A stretch of 63,732 nucleotides of DNA, counting the filler, from Lenisia limosa (Eukaryota; Protista; Breviatea), in NCBI GenBank assembly GCA_001655205.1. It is 10 parts of 10 records of this genome, joined end to end, with 100 filler letters (N's around TTAATTAATTAA, not from the genome) between each part and the next. Parts side by side here need not be neighbours in the genome. Positions count along the whole stretch, not along the records: positions 9,850 to 17,652 come from LPNZ01008065.1; positions 17,753 to 20,259 come from LPNZ01000486.1; positions 20,360 to 30,065 come from LPNZ01005412.1; 7 more parts are not named here. The stretch is one strand, 5' to 3'. Positions 12,801 through 23,329 of this stretch are shown here, piece after piece. The notes under the pieces are model-generated. The model made no database searches. It was not told the origin of the DNA and saw only the letters and a program-made list of their open reading frames with translations. Every line of letters begins with the position of its first letter. Within the stretch, counting starts at the first letter, position 1. Position numbers and translations under genes: made by a program.

Positions 12801-15800
12801 GACCTTTTGTTTTTAATAACTATTCCGCCCTCAAAAAAAAAGTGAGTTATAGATCTAGAAGTTTTTAATAGTCAGTATTTAATTATTTTTCGAAGTATGA
12901 GATATAGGCTGGCTAATGTGAGAAGTTGATGACACAGGGAATTCAGTGAACATTCTTGTGGTTGATTATATTAATAATTACGTTAATGCATATTGTTTAT
13001 AGAAGCTGTAACAGAGAAGGCAATTAACGAATAGACAATGATTGCGGATCTCTAATTTCTTTTTTCTCTCGATATCCTCTCCTCTGATCTGTAGCTGAAT
13101 ATCATCAAGCTGAAGAACCCGTAACCATCTCTAGATGTCGTCTGTCAAGACAATCTATCAATTCCCTGTTATCATTACACACGAGGTTGTTACTGGTAGT
13201 CGCTATGAATATTACATTTATTACAAAGCTTATCTATGTAGCTCCTCAGCCCCCTGACACTTCTCCATTGAAGGCTCCCAATCCCCCTTCTCCAATTAAA
13301 CCACCTCCCAAAATGCCTAGTTTGTAAATATATTATATACTACATGTATACATAGATGTGTTATTTTCTTAACCATTCAGAACGTAACACTCCCCTCGCA
13401 AAGAGCCAAGTTTGTGAATATACTATATGGCTGTTTTTAATTATTTAGAACCTTACATTCCCTATGTCCCCCACGGCCAACCACCACCTCCGCCTCCCTA
13501 GTGAGTCCAATCTCCCTTCTACGTAACACTCAACCCCCTTTCCCAACTCGCAAAGAGCTAAGTTTGTGAATATCAAAGCCAACTCTATTGAGAGGAGGTA
13601 ATTAATTGATGGGGTTCTGTGTGTGTTCAAATACGAGAATTTAATATTTCCAAAATCTTCTTGTGTACGTCTGTTTTGAGTTTTGACACATATTTTTTAT
13701 TAAATCTTTTCAACAACTTCTAATGTGATTAATACTCCCCCCCCCCCAAACCACTTGGCCACGGAACAGTAATGGTTTCAATGATCTCATCAGCAGCAAG
13801 GTCAGTCTTCTTGTACTGGGGAGGAGTAAAGAGGAAATTTTTTGAAACAAAAAAAGAAGCCAAAATCAACTCAGTTGGGTAAATGATAAGGGGGGGGGGC
13901 AATTAAGTCTGGGGAGGAGTAACTGGGAAATTATATATTAAAAAAGAAAAAAAGCCTAAAATCAACTCCTCCATTGGCTATTAACACACGACGGTTGAAA
14001 ACAACAAAACAAGCAAAGCCCAGGCCAGTCTCTTCTTCAGCACTGCATCCCATCACTCCAGTGCAAAACGTGAAATTTATGAAACAAAATAAATTCACAA
14101 TTGTACNNNNNNNNNNNNNNNNNNNNNNNNNNNNNNNNNNNNNNNNNNNNNNNNNNNNNNNNNNNNNNCCCCCCTCACGCCCAGATAGAAGTCCTTTGCG
14201 TTGACGTAGCGCGAGGTCTTGCCATTATTGATCTTGTACACCGCGCGGCATGCCACCATCATCGGCGAAAAGTCGGACGTGGGGCTTCCTGAGGACAGAG
14301 ACGCGGCGATACAGGCCATATTACGTACCTGGGAGTGAATTACAGAAATAGTCGATAAGTCCTTATCCACCTTAGCTCTTATCCACCTTAACTCTTACTC
14401 TTCCCACCTGGTGACCAGCAAAGGTTGAGATAAGGTTCAGAAGGCTCTCAGCGATGTGTGCCTTCTCGGGCTGGGCCTTAATTTTCTTNNNNNNNNNNNN
14501 NNNNNNNNNNNNNNNNNNNNNNNNNNNNNNNNNNNNNNNNNNNNNNNNNNNNNNNNNNNNNNNNNNNNNNNNNNNNNNNNNNNNNNNNNNNNNNNNNNNN
14601 NNNNNNNNNNNNNNNNNNNNNNNNNNNNTTATTATGAGACTTATCCCCCCGCACCTAGTCAGTGTCACGGCACCACCAATTCGAAGGCCCTCAGGGGTAT
14701 CTTCTAAGCCAAGCATTTCAGACACGCGTGCGAGACTGTACGGAAATTAAATTTTAAAAAGATAACATTCGAGAAATTAAATTCAACACAGAAAACAATC
14801 TACAGAATTAATTAGATAAAGTGACCAATCTACGGATTTTTACCTTCAAATTTGTATCAGTATTGCGAAGGTTCACTGGAAAAAGAAGCATGGTAGAGGA
14901 CCACATAATAATCATAAGATATAGCAAACCAGATCCCCCCTCCCCAGCACCTAATAAAGCACTTGTGGTACTTGCCAGCCTTTTTGTCCTCAAAACGGTC
15001 GGTATTTCCCACAATGAGCACGGCGCGGGGGTAGGCATCCTGGGGGGAGGGGGGAGTAAAATGGGACAATTTATGAATTAAAAAAAAGGCCCAAATCAAC
15101 TCTGTTAGCTGACACATTGATAACAACAAAACAGACAAAGGGGTGGGGTTTCCCCCGGGTACCCACCAAGAGGGCAAAAACATCGCGGATGTTCGAGGGG
15201 CTGAACCACTGAGTTTCCTCGTGTTTAGCGTGGAGGTTTGCTGGGGGGTTAAAAAGGGGAAACGTATAGATGATTCGGAACTACGATGGGCCTTATAACT
15301 CTACACACAGCCTTCTATTATTATATACCCCCACCACTCTCCCCCTTGAGATCAAGACATAATACAAGTATAATAATACCTCCCGGTCATACAGTAGTAT
15401 ATTATATTATGATATAATTAGTAGTATCTCAACCACACACCCCCCCCACTAGGCGAATGAGTGGCGAGATACGCCGGGAACCGGAGCTGGTTGCGGCCGT
15501 TGTGGATGGGCACACCGGTAGACTCGGCTGGCAAGTTGGCCTCCTCGATTTCACCAGGTGTTCCACAGGTTCCGCAGACACTGGAGGAGTAAAATGAAGG
15601 AAATTGACAGAAAAATTGAAACAATTCTGGAACAAAAAACCCAAAATCGCAGACACTTGGTGTGAAATGATGATGAGGGTGGGGGGAGTAATATTGGAAA
15701 ATTTTTGAAACAAAAAAGCCCACATCAACTCTATTGGCTGACGACAACACACAAAGGTTGATAANNNNNNNNNNNNNNNNNNNNNNNNNNNNNNNNNNNN

Positions 15801-17652
15801 NNNNNNNNNNNNNNNNNNNNNNNNNNNNNNNNNGCGAAGGAAATAAGGGGAGGTGGGGTAAGCTTCAATCAACAATATGAACTGTAGTTGCATTCCCAAA
15901 AGAGACAAGAACTTTCAGTTCCAAAAGACAGGTTAAATATCGATCTTATGCTTGTTTTAAAAAACCGAGTTATTGATACATTTTCGCACCCGCCCACTTG
16001 CCACAACCGCAGGCAGAAATTTCAGCAGCTTCAGCCTAAGAAAATGAGATTGGGATTTATCCATAATTAGATAAATATGGTATAGTATGTAGAAATGAGA
16101 AAAAATAGGGGTATCAGGCCGAAGCCGTCCACACNNNNNNNNNNNNNNNNNNNNNNNNNNNNNNNNNNNNNNNNNNNNNNNNNNNNNNNNNNNNNNNNNN
16201 NNNNNNNNNNNNNNNNNNNNNNNNNNNNNNNNNNNNNNNNNNNNNNNNNNNNNNNNNNNNNNNNNNNNNAACAAAACAATTGTATCAGGCCGAAGCCGTC
16301 CACATAATCACGCGTATAAGAGATTTTAAATGATTGTATAATATTAATTCACCCAATCATTTACCTTACAACTCTGTACACACAGCTTTCTGCATGCCTC
16401 TATACTATGCACATAATTATATGCATATAGCTAGACAACACATCACTCCCTCTCACGTCATCAGTCGCCTCTTTCTCGGGTTGCTTCTCACCATCTTGCA
16501 CCTTCTTCAGCGCATCCAAGATTGGTCTGGAGAGGGGGATAAACATTAAAATTTTATGAACAAAAAAATCCTGCTCATATGCATCCTCATTTATTACCCA
16601 TATCATTTTAATATATATGTAAGTCTTGACCGATTTGTCATATGATTTCTCAGGAAAATCGGTCAAGACTTATCCCGGTCACTGTACATTGTAAATAATA
16701 TTATACCCACACACCTATATCCGGTACAGCGGCACAGGTTGCCATCAAGAGCATGTTCGATTTCAGCGTCGGAGGGGTGCTCGTGGGTGGCGAAGAGCGC
16801 ATACGCAACGTTTGCTATTCCAGGCGTACAGAATCCACATTGGACGGCGTGGTTGTCGGCCAGGCCTGGGGGAGTAAAATTGGAAAATTTATGAAACAAA
16901 AAGCCAAAGTCTTTTTTCGAACTGAAGTGAAGCCCTAATTATGTATCTCATATATCTGCATATAGCAGCCCACTTTTCCGGATGGGGAGAAGTTCCTTCC
17001 CGATATTGTAGTATATCACATACCTCGGACTTCACTTCAGTTCAAAAAAACCCCTTAAAATATCGAGAGTTTTTGAGGATTTATCGAGAAATTCAGTCTT
17101 TTTTTGAACCGAAGTGAAGCCCTAATGATACCCCTTCTGAGCCCCGCTTTTTTAGATCGGGATACCACCACCACACGCAACACACTGCATTAACTGACCC
17201 ACATTATCAGTCACCCCCTTTTTGGTCTTTATTCGAGCAACTCCCATATTTTATCAGCCCTATTTTGGATGGGATAAAAATCCTTGCCGAATAGTATGTC
17301 ATATCATATACTATGTATCTAATATATCTGCATATATCAGCCCACTTTTCTGGAGTGAAGGACCTTCCCGATATTGTACTACATATCGTAGACCCCCTTT
17401 TTATCCTCAACTTTTCTGGATAGGATGAAGGTCTTTACGGAATATAGTAATACATATACTTGCCCACTTTTCTGAATGGGGTGAAGGTCCTTGCGGGATC
17501 CGAGGGCTTCGACGGTGGTGACAGCCATGTGGTGGACAAGACAAAGGGGAGTCAGGCAGGCATTGCAGGTGCGGATCCTGGGAGAGTAAAATAGAAGAAT
17601 TTATGATACACAGATACTCAAGGGAAGTGGGTACTAAAGGGAAGATAAAATG
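9850..17652 (-). CDS. XDH: Xanthine dehydrogenase/oxidase: 2Fe-2S domains, FAD domain and linker; the Moco domain is lost at the contig end
   Basis: Exons encode [26 protein letters not shown] (17460-17578), [15 protein letters not shown]...[12 protein letters not shown] (16719-16865), [81 protein letters not shown] (12230-12323) and [20 protein letters not shown]. Confidence 0.93.
10254..10338. mobile_element. MITE family 1 copy, TA-flanked on both sides, in an XDH intron
   Basis: TA|gggcccccaaaaagacc...ggtcttttcggaccgtaggtaagccc|TA, with the family's internal ctcgataaat/atcgatatttt core. Confidence 0.75.
10822..10917. mobile_element. MITE family 1 copy (~95 bp)
   Basis: TIR ggcttcacttcgtttcgaaaaaagact...ggtctttttcgaaccgaaatgaagccc, with TA on both flanks. 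Confidence 0.85.
11000..11094. mobile_element. MITE family 1 copy (~95 bp)
   Basis: TIR gggcttcacttcggttttaaaaagactg...cagtctttttcgaaccggagtgaagccc|TA. Confidence 0.85.
12146..12218. repeat. 32-bp tandem repeat (two copies plus a partial) beside an XDH donor site
   Basis: cctcgattattcca(t/c)gataatccacaa(c/t)aaaa occurs twice. Each unit contains the inverted pair gattat...ataatc. Confidence 0.85.
12480..13610 (+). CDS. Possible nested antisense gene fragment (Pro-rich exons) inside a ~1.4-kb XDH intron
   Basis: Plus-strand AG/GT-bounded blocks with compatible phases: [67 protein letters not shown], then [26 protein letters not shown] and [17 protein letters not shown]. No homologue recognised. 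Confidence 0.35.
13909..14070 (-). mobile_element. Intronic 3' module B (Introner-like), long copy in XDH
   Basis: Sense sequence gcactggagtgatgggatgcagtgctgaagaagagactggcctgggctttgcttgttttgttgttttcaaccgtcgtgtgttaatagccaatggaggagttgattttaggctttt...ttactcctccccag. It is stacked on a second copy ending at the real acceptor (13817-13880). Confidence 0.8.
16271..16400 (-). repeat. Intronic module A, copy in XDH. Others at ~3560-3697, 11200-11256, 11905-12028, 16070-16134, 18920-19060 (+), 33485-33530 (+), 61430-61500, and partials at 640 and 2180
   Basis: Sense sequence gaggcatgcagaaagctgtgtgtacagagttgtaaggtaaatgattggg...tctcttatacgcgtgattatgtggacggcttcggcctgatac recurs in dynein, XDH, GPAT, KH and QNG1 introns, always host-sense. 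Confidence 0.85.
16620..16684. mobile_element. MITE family 2 copy (left end truncated)
   Basis: aagtcttgaccgattt...aaatcggtcaagacttatcccggtcactg|TA. The same TIR occurs at 38608-38685 and as a half copy at 10396-10425. Confidence 0.8.
16960..17490 (-). repeat. Decayed tandem copies (~60-65 bp) of an XDH exon end plus donor site, interrupted by a MITE-1 copy (17027-17122)
   Basis: The real junction cccacttttctgaatggggtgaaggtccttgcg (17463) is echoed at ~17408, 17341, 17268 and 16968. Confidence 0.75.
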
Positions 17653-17752
17653 NNNNNNNNNNNNNNNNNNNNNNNNNNNNNNNNNNNNNNNNNNNNTTAA
17701 TTAATTAANNNNNNNNNNNNNNNNNNNNNNNNNNNNNNNNNNNNNNNNNNNN

Positions 17753-20215
17753 CCAGGCCAGGTCTTTGTCGCCAATCACACCACCATCTTCGACATTCTC
17801 ATCCTCCTGCAGCTCATGCCCTTCGCAATTGTCGGTCAGGCCCATCCTGGCTTCATGGGTGCGGGGGTGAGAGTATTTGAGAAAAATTACAATCGGCAAA
17901 CACACATATCCTGAACCCAATAATTCTGGGTAGCTTTTACCATCATTCAATCTTTCTTTTTTACCTCCCTCTTCTCTTTCCGTCCTACAATTATCAATAA
18001 TGTTATTTAGCCTGAGCTGAAGCCCTATATCTTACCTCACAGGATGGTGCCAGAACAACCTCTTCAACGGTTTGAATTGCATTTGGTTCGACCGATCGGC
18101 GCTGAAGGATCGAGCTGTTGTGTCCAAAAAGATCAAGGAGCATATTAATGTGAGGGGGCTCAATATGGGAGAAAGAATTCATTCGGACAATCGCGGACTT
18201 GTTATCAAACTGAAACTGTATTCAATGAAACTAAAGAGTCTTTCTGCATACACTCACCCCTCAGAACCCGAATAGCCACCCGCTTCTCCTGTTCCCTGAA
18301 GGAACGTGTGTCAACAACGAATACTGTGTCATGTTCAAGGTGGGCCCTGAGTGTTGTCGGCTGAGAATACTGAAGGGGTTGCTTGCTTCTTTCTATTGCC
18401 ATATCCTCTTTGTTTCATGACATTTACATACATCTTACATTTAAGATAACTTTTTACGATTTTCAGAAAGGAGCCTTCGATCTTGGCTGCAAAGTCGTCC
18501 CCACAGCCATCAAGTACAACAAGCTCTTTTCCGACATGTTCTACAACTCGAGAGAACAAACCTTCTTCCATCACCTCTTCAAAATTCTGACATCGTATGT
18601 GGAATATGGAAATGAATGAAATGATGATTGGTATAATATTATATCAATCCTATTGGAAGGGCATCACAAAATGTGAATATTATCATACGTAAGGTTGCAT
18701 TTAGCTGAATTGCGGGATTTCAAATATACTGGAACAACACCTTTTATCACCACTTTTCGTTTTGTTACATGTACATAACAAACATTAGTACTTGTGTAGG
18801 CCAACGTATGTCTATTTGAGTAGATCTGACCGTTTTCTAGATGGGCGTGTGTTGCAAACGTTTGGTTCCTTCCAGCTCAGGTGTGTGAATTACTAATTGG
18901 GACTCTGTCCATACTCTTATGGAGGCACGCAGAAAGCTGTGTGCACAGAGTTGTGAGGCAAATTTATGGATGATTTAATATTATACTATAATTCAATATC
19001 TCCTATAAGCGCGATTGTGCAGACGGCTTCTGTCAGATGCAGCCTTGTTTTTTTTTTGTGTGTGTTTCTCATTTATATCGTATTTTGATGATGTTGTCTT
19101 GTTTAGCTGATTGTGATCCTAAAATGTAAGGAATACCCCCTCCTCCCCTGCTGCGGAGGCGACTGCTGGGAGTTTTTTCTTTGTTTTTCAACCCTTTTTT
19201 GGGTTATAAAGTGTCCAACTTTAATCCCCTCAGGAGCGACAGCCTGAAGAGTCGGCAGCGCAATTTGCCGGACGATGCAAGGTCATGATTTGCGAAAAGG
19301 CCCAACTCAAGAACGTGCCCTGGGATGGTTATTTGAAGTTCCTTAAGCCGTCAAAGAAGCATCTGGAGTACCGCCAAAAAATCTTTGCACAAAGTATTAA
19401 ATTACGGTTGGAAAGAAAGGGTTGTAGTTTGACTGATTTACATTATAAGACACATTGAGGGTATCTATAACGATCAAGACTTACGAATGAATTTACCCTA
19501 TCAAGACGTTTTAATAATTTTTACCCATTTATCAGAATGACCGTCACCACTTTAGCATCGACCTATTTTTGTTTATCATTCCTTTTAGAATGGACTTCGT
19601 TGATGATGATGGCGAAAGCGATCCCGAAGAGGTGGCACGGATTACTCAGATCCGATCATGCATGTCGATGAACGACCTTCGCGCGGCCGGTGACATCAGT
19701 AATGATGAAGATGAACCAGACCATTTGGGGTTTGTGGCGCTTTTCAATATACTCATATCGATCAAAAACATATGTGTGTAGACATTAGATATGATATTTT
19801 TTGACATTTAAGGATAATATGATATTGCTATTCTCAAAGTATTGATTGTTTTTAATAGAAATACTGTGTAATATGAACTATGCTGACCTGCACTGTAGAC
19901 ACGTCACGGGGAGTGATGACAGTGAGGGTGACACCTCTCAATCGGCCGGCACACCGTTACTGGTTGGGAAGGGGAGGGGGGGGGGTACTATGGATTTAGC
20001 AACCAATAAATATTTTACAGGGATAATCAGAGAAAATAATGATAAAAGTGGAGCCATTGTTTATGAGCAGGAGGGGATGGAGGGGGGTAAGCTTTATGAA
20101 AGGATTGAGTTATGATGACCAAAGGATGTTCAAAGATTCATAACCTTTCATAACCTGGAATGTCAGAGTAGCAAGTGTCGGGACGGCAGGTATCTCACCG
20201 GTGCAGGAAGCAGTC
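17753..20215 (+). CDS. Glycerol-3-phosphate acyltransferase, GPAT3/4 (plant GPAT9) type, 5'-partial, with an acidic C-terminal extension
   Basis: Exons: FVANHTTIFDILILLQLMPFAIVGQAHPGFMG; CIWFDRSALKDRAVVSKKIKEH; HPLLLFPEGTCVNNEYCVMFKKGAFDLGCKVVPTAIKYNKLFSDMFYNSR; WACVANVWFLP; LKNVPWDGYLK. The HxxxxD and FPEGT acyltransferase motifs are present. Confidence 0.9.
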
Positions 20216-20399
20216 CCACCCTTAACCCCTCCCCCCCAGCATGTTCCCCATGTTCCACGNNNNNNNNNNNNNNNNNNNNNNNNNNNNNNNNNNNNNNNNN
20301 NNNTTAATTAATTAANNNNNNNNNNNNNNNNNNNNNNNNNNNNNNNNNNNNNNNNNNNNTATATATCTGTTTCATTTTAACACAAACTAACAGCACCCT

Positions 20400-22210
20400 A
20401 CACTCTACTATCCATCTTGTCACAACCTTCTGCAAGAAGGACCACGCAAACCTCTCTGAGGGAATATGCTGTCACAAATCGTTGACGTGTCACACTTACT
20501 TCGAAAATTGGAAGGTCGACTAAAACATAACCAAAGTATTCATAGATGGTGAAAGTCCCAATGAAAAGGTACCCCACCCACAGCTTTCCGAAATATTGGC
20601 CTGTCCGACAAAGACAACCAGAGAGGTGGGCACAACAGAAACAGGCTCTATTACGCCAGTATTGATAGGAGCTAAGTGGTTATTTTTCTGGGCCAAAGCT
20701 TTGGGTTTCACTATTGTACGTACCCCCTTTTTAGCAAAATGAAAAATGTCCTGTATTTGTATACCATTCACCAACTTTCGTCTCTTGGTGGTGAGTTTTG
20801 GAACATCTCAACAAGCTCCTGCTTATGTTTGGTCTTTTCTTCCTCGCTGCATTCAGAAGCAAGCGCATCAAGAAGATTCGCAAATTCAGTCCTTTTCTGG
20901 TCTAAGAGAATAAAATGGATGGACTACTCCATCGTTGGAGTTAATTGAAACCTCCATAAAGAATTTGGTTCGGAAGTTGATACCACACTCTGCCCAAAAG
21001 CCAACATGCATGGGGAATAGTAGAGTCCTTCCTGAGGAGCGAAGTGATGACCGAGTGTGAATGGTTGTGAGGAAGCTGGCTGAGAGTTCGGTTCACGGGC
21101 TTCTGTTGCACTGCAGGAGTAGCTATAATCATCAATACTTGAATAGCGCACTCTGTCTACGGGAAAGAGAAACAATGAAATGGGCAACTTATGAAAACAG
21201 AAAAAAACAAAGAGGGAATTCGTGATCGTTTCTTGCAATACATACTACGATGTAGAAAGCTGTGTGATATACCGTTGAAGAGGGGGGGCGTAGGGGGAAA
21301 ATTACGGGGGGAATTACAAGGTTGGTATCGTAATGTTCTGGAGAGTAACTAACCGCTCAAAGTAATGTTCATATTATCATTTATTATAAATGATCATTAT
21401 GAACAGAGCTAAGAAACACAAAAGAGAGAAAGTGGTAGAAGCTCACCTCTTGGCTGGAAGGCTTGGGTTGTTATTTGAGGAAACGGTTCCTCATCTTGAG
21501 ATAGAATGATATGCGGGTCCGAAGATACTAAAAAATAAGACAAGACCATCACTCAATTGAGTATAGAATCTGAACTACTTTGAAATGATACAAAATTATT
21601 AAATACTTTAAGTAAAGAAAAAAAAAACGCTTCCCCTCTTCAAATGGAAAGCTTACCATTCAAATAAGATGACTGGGGTGTGAGAACAAAGAAGAAAGAA
21701 TAGCATTAGAACAACAAAAGACAAGAGTGGCTGGAGCGGCAAGAGAAGCTGGTTACTGGCTGTAGAGACCAATAGAAGAAGAAGAATGTTGGAATAGTGA
21801 TTGAAGAGGGATAGAAGAATGAAAGGATAGAAGACTGTTGGAAGAAGACCATGCCGGGCTCCACTTTTATAGTGAGAATTATTTTTTTTGAAAAAAAAAA
21901 AAAAGAAAGAAAGAAAGCGAATAATGGNNNNNNNNNNNNNNNNNNNNNNNNNNNNNNNNNNATGTGCCAGCCATAAGCATTGCAATACTAATAAACAGTT
22001 GTAAGTTAAGAAAGAAGGGAGAAGAAGAAGGCTCAAGCTCGAAAACTAGATATCCAAACAAAAAAATCGTTCGTTCCCTGCAGCTGAAGCTGATTTTGAG
22101 CGTGAAAACCAGCTTACAGCCGGGTTGAAACCTTGAGATTCCTGATGAGAGACTGTGCGTGACATTGTAGATGTCCTCCTGAAGTTGTAAGTTCATCAAG
22201 CTGTAATTAA
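20400..22210 (-). CDS. Probable multi-exon gene of unknown function
   Basis: AG/GT-bounded open blocks such as DQKRTEFANLLDALASECSEEEKTKHKQELVEMFQNSPPRDESW and RVRYSSIDDYSYSCSATEAREPNSQ. The model is not resolved. Confidence 0.35.
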
Positions 22211-23329
22211 TCACTCACTTCATGAAGTGGCTGAGTGCTTGGAGAGGTTGGGTTGAAAAATGGAACTAAATCGTTAGTTTATCCGACAGTTACCAAACAG
22301 TATCTGCCATTTTCTCCCCCCTTTACAGGTATCACCACGTTCTAAGGACATTGCTATGTCTTTAAAGGCTCAAAAGAGGAAGCAGTTAATCCGTGTTCAA
22401 CCCAAAGGCCCCGAAAGCTTTGCGAAGTGTAACAGGAAGAGAGCTATAAAGCGCTCTGAGACCTGAGTGGAGTTAACACTTGAAAATGAAAATAAAAATC
22501 ACGTTTTTATAGCTTCCGACGTAGCTTCCGACATTTTCCCCTTCCCTCGCCCCTTGCCTTTCTTGCCCTTCTGTTCCAGTTCTGTTCCTCCTGTCAAAAA
22601 GAATTTTTCGAAGAGATAGATTTATAAGAGATTCGATGATAGTTTGATTAGTTGTAGAGCTCATAACTTTTTTGTTCTGCTTTTATTTGGTGGTTAACTG
22701 TAAATAAGTCAAACACATTGCCTAAAAAAGGAACAGTAATCAACAACAAGTCTAAATCCTTGAGGGTTGAGCGTTGAGCCGAGTTCCATCATCAAGTTGT
22801 TGATCCCAGCATACACAAATGATTGCAGCAATGGAGCGCTTTTTCATGTTGGCGGATAGCGAAAACATCACCCCCTTTGTTCAAAAAGCCTTTTTCTCAC
22901 TGCCTCCTAGGATTTGCCTGTTCATCGGGACAGTTGTGGGCATCTCGCAAATGACATTCACAGCCGAAGGTCCAGGAGTGAAGACTGATGAGGGTTTTGT
23001 ATCCTTTAGGGAGATGGCCCTTGAAAATTCCGAGTGTTTGGTTCAAGGTCGGGTGGAGGCAGGGGTGATCTGGAATATTTAGCATGTGTTGTTTTTTATG
23101 TTTTTTCCGAAATAAATGAGAAATGAACATGAAAGAGAATGCACATCCTTAAACTCAACATCAAACAGTAACACTTAAACAGTAACACTAAAGGATTGCA
23201 TAATTTGAAGGTTCTTGTTTGGAAGTCTTGGCTACGATGAAAATTAGATATCTGATATACTACATGCACTTCATACCAAAAAAAAACCCATTTGAGTTTA
23301 TACTAGGCTCCTATCAAAAACACCACATC

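Noticed and set aside
22770-23130. Overlapping ORFs on both strands, one with two in-frame TGA codons
   Set aside because: There is no recognisable homology or consistent splice structure, and TGA is a real stop in QNG1. It could be a pseudogene or TE debris.
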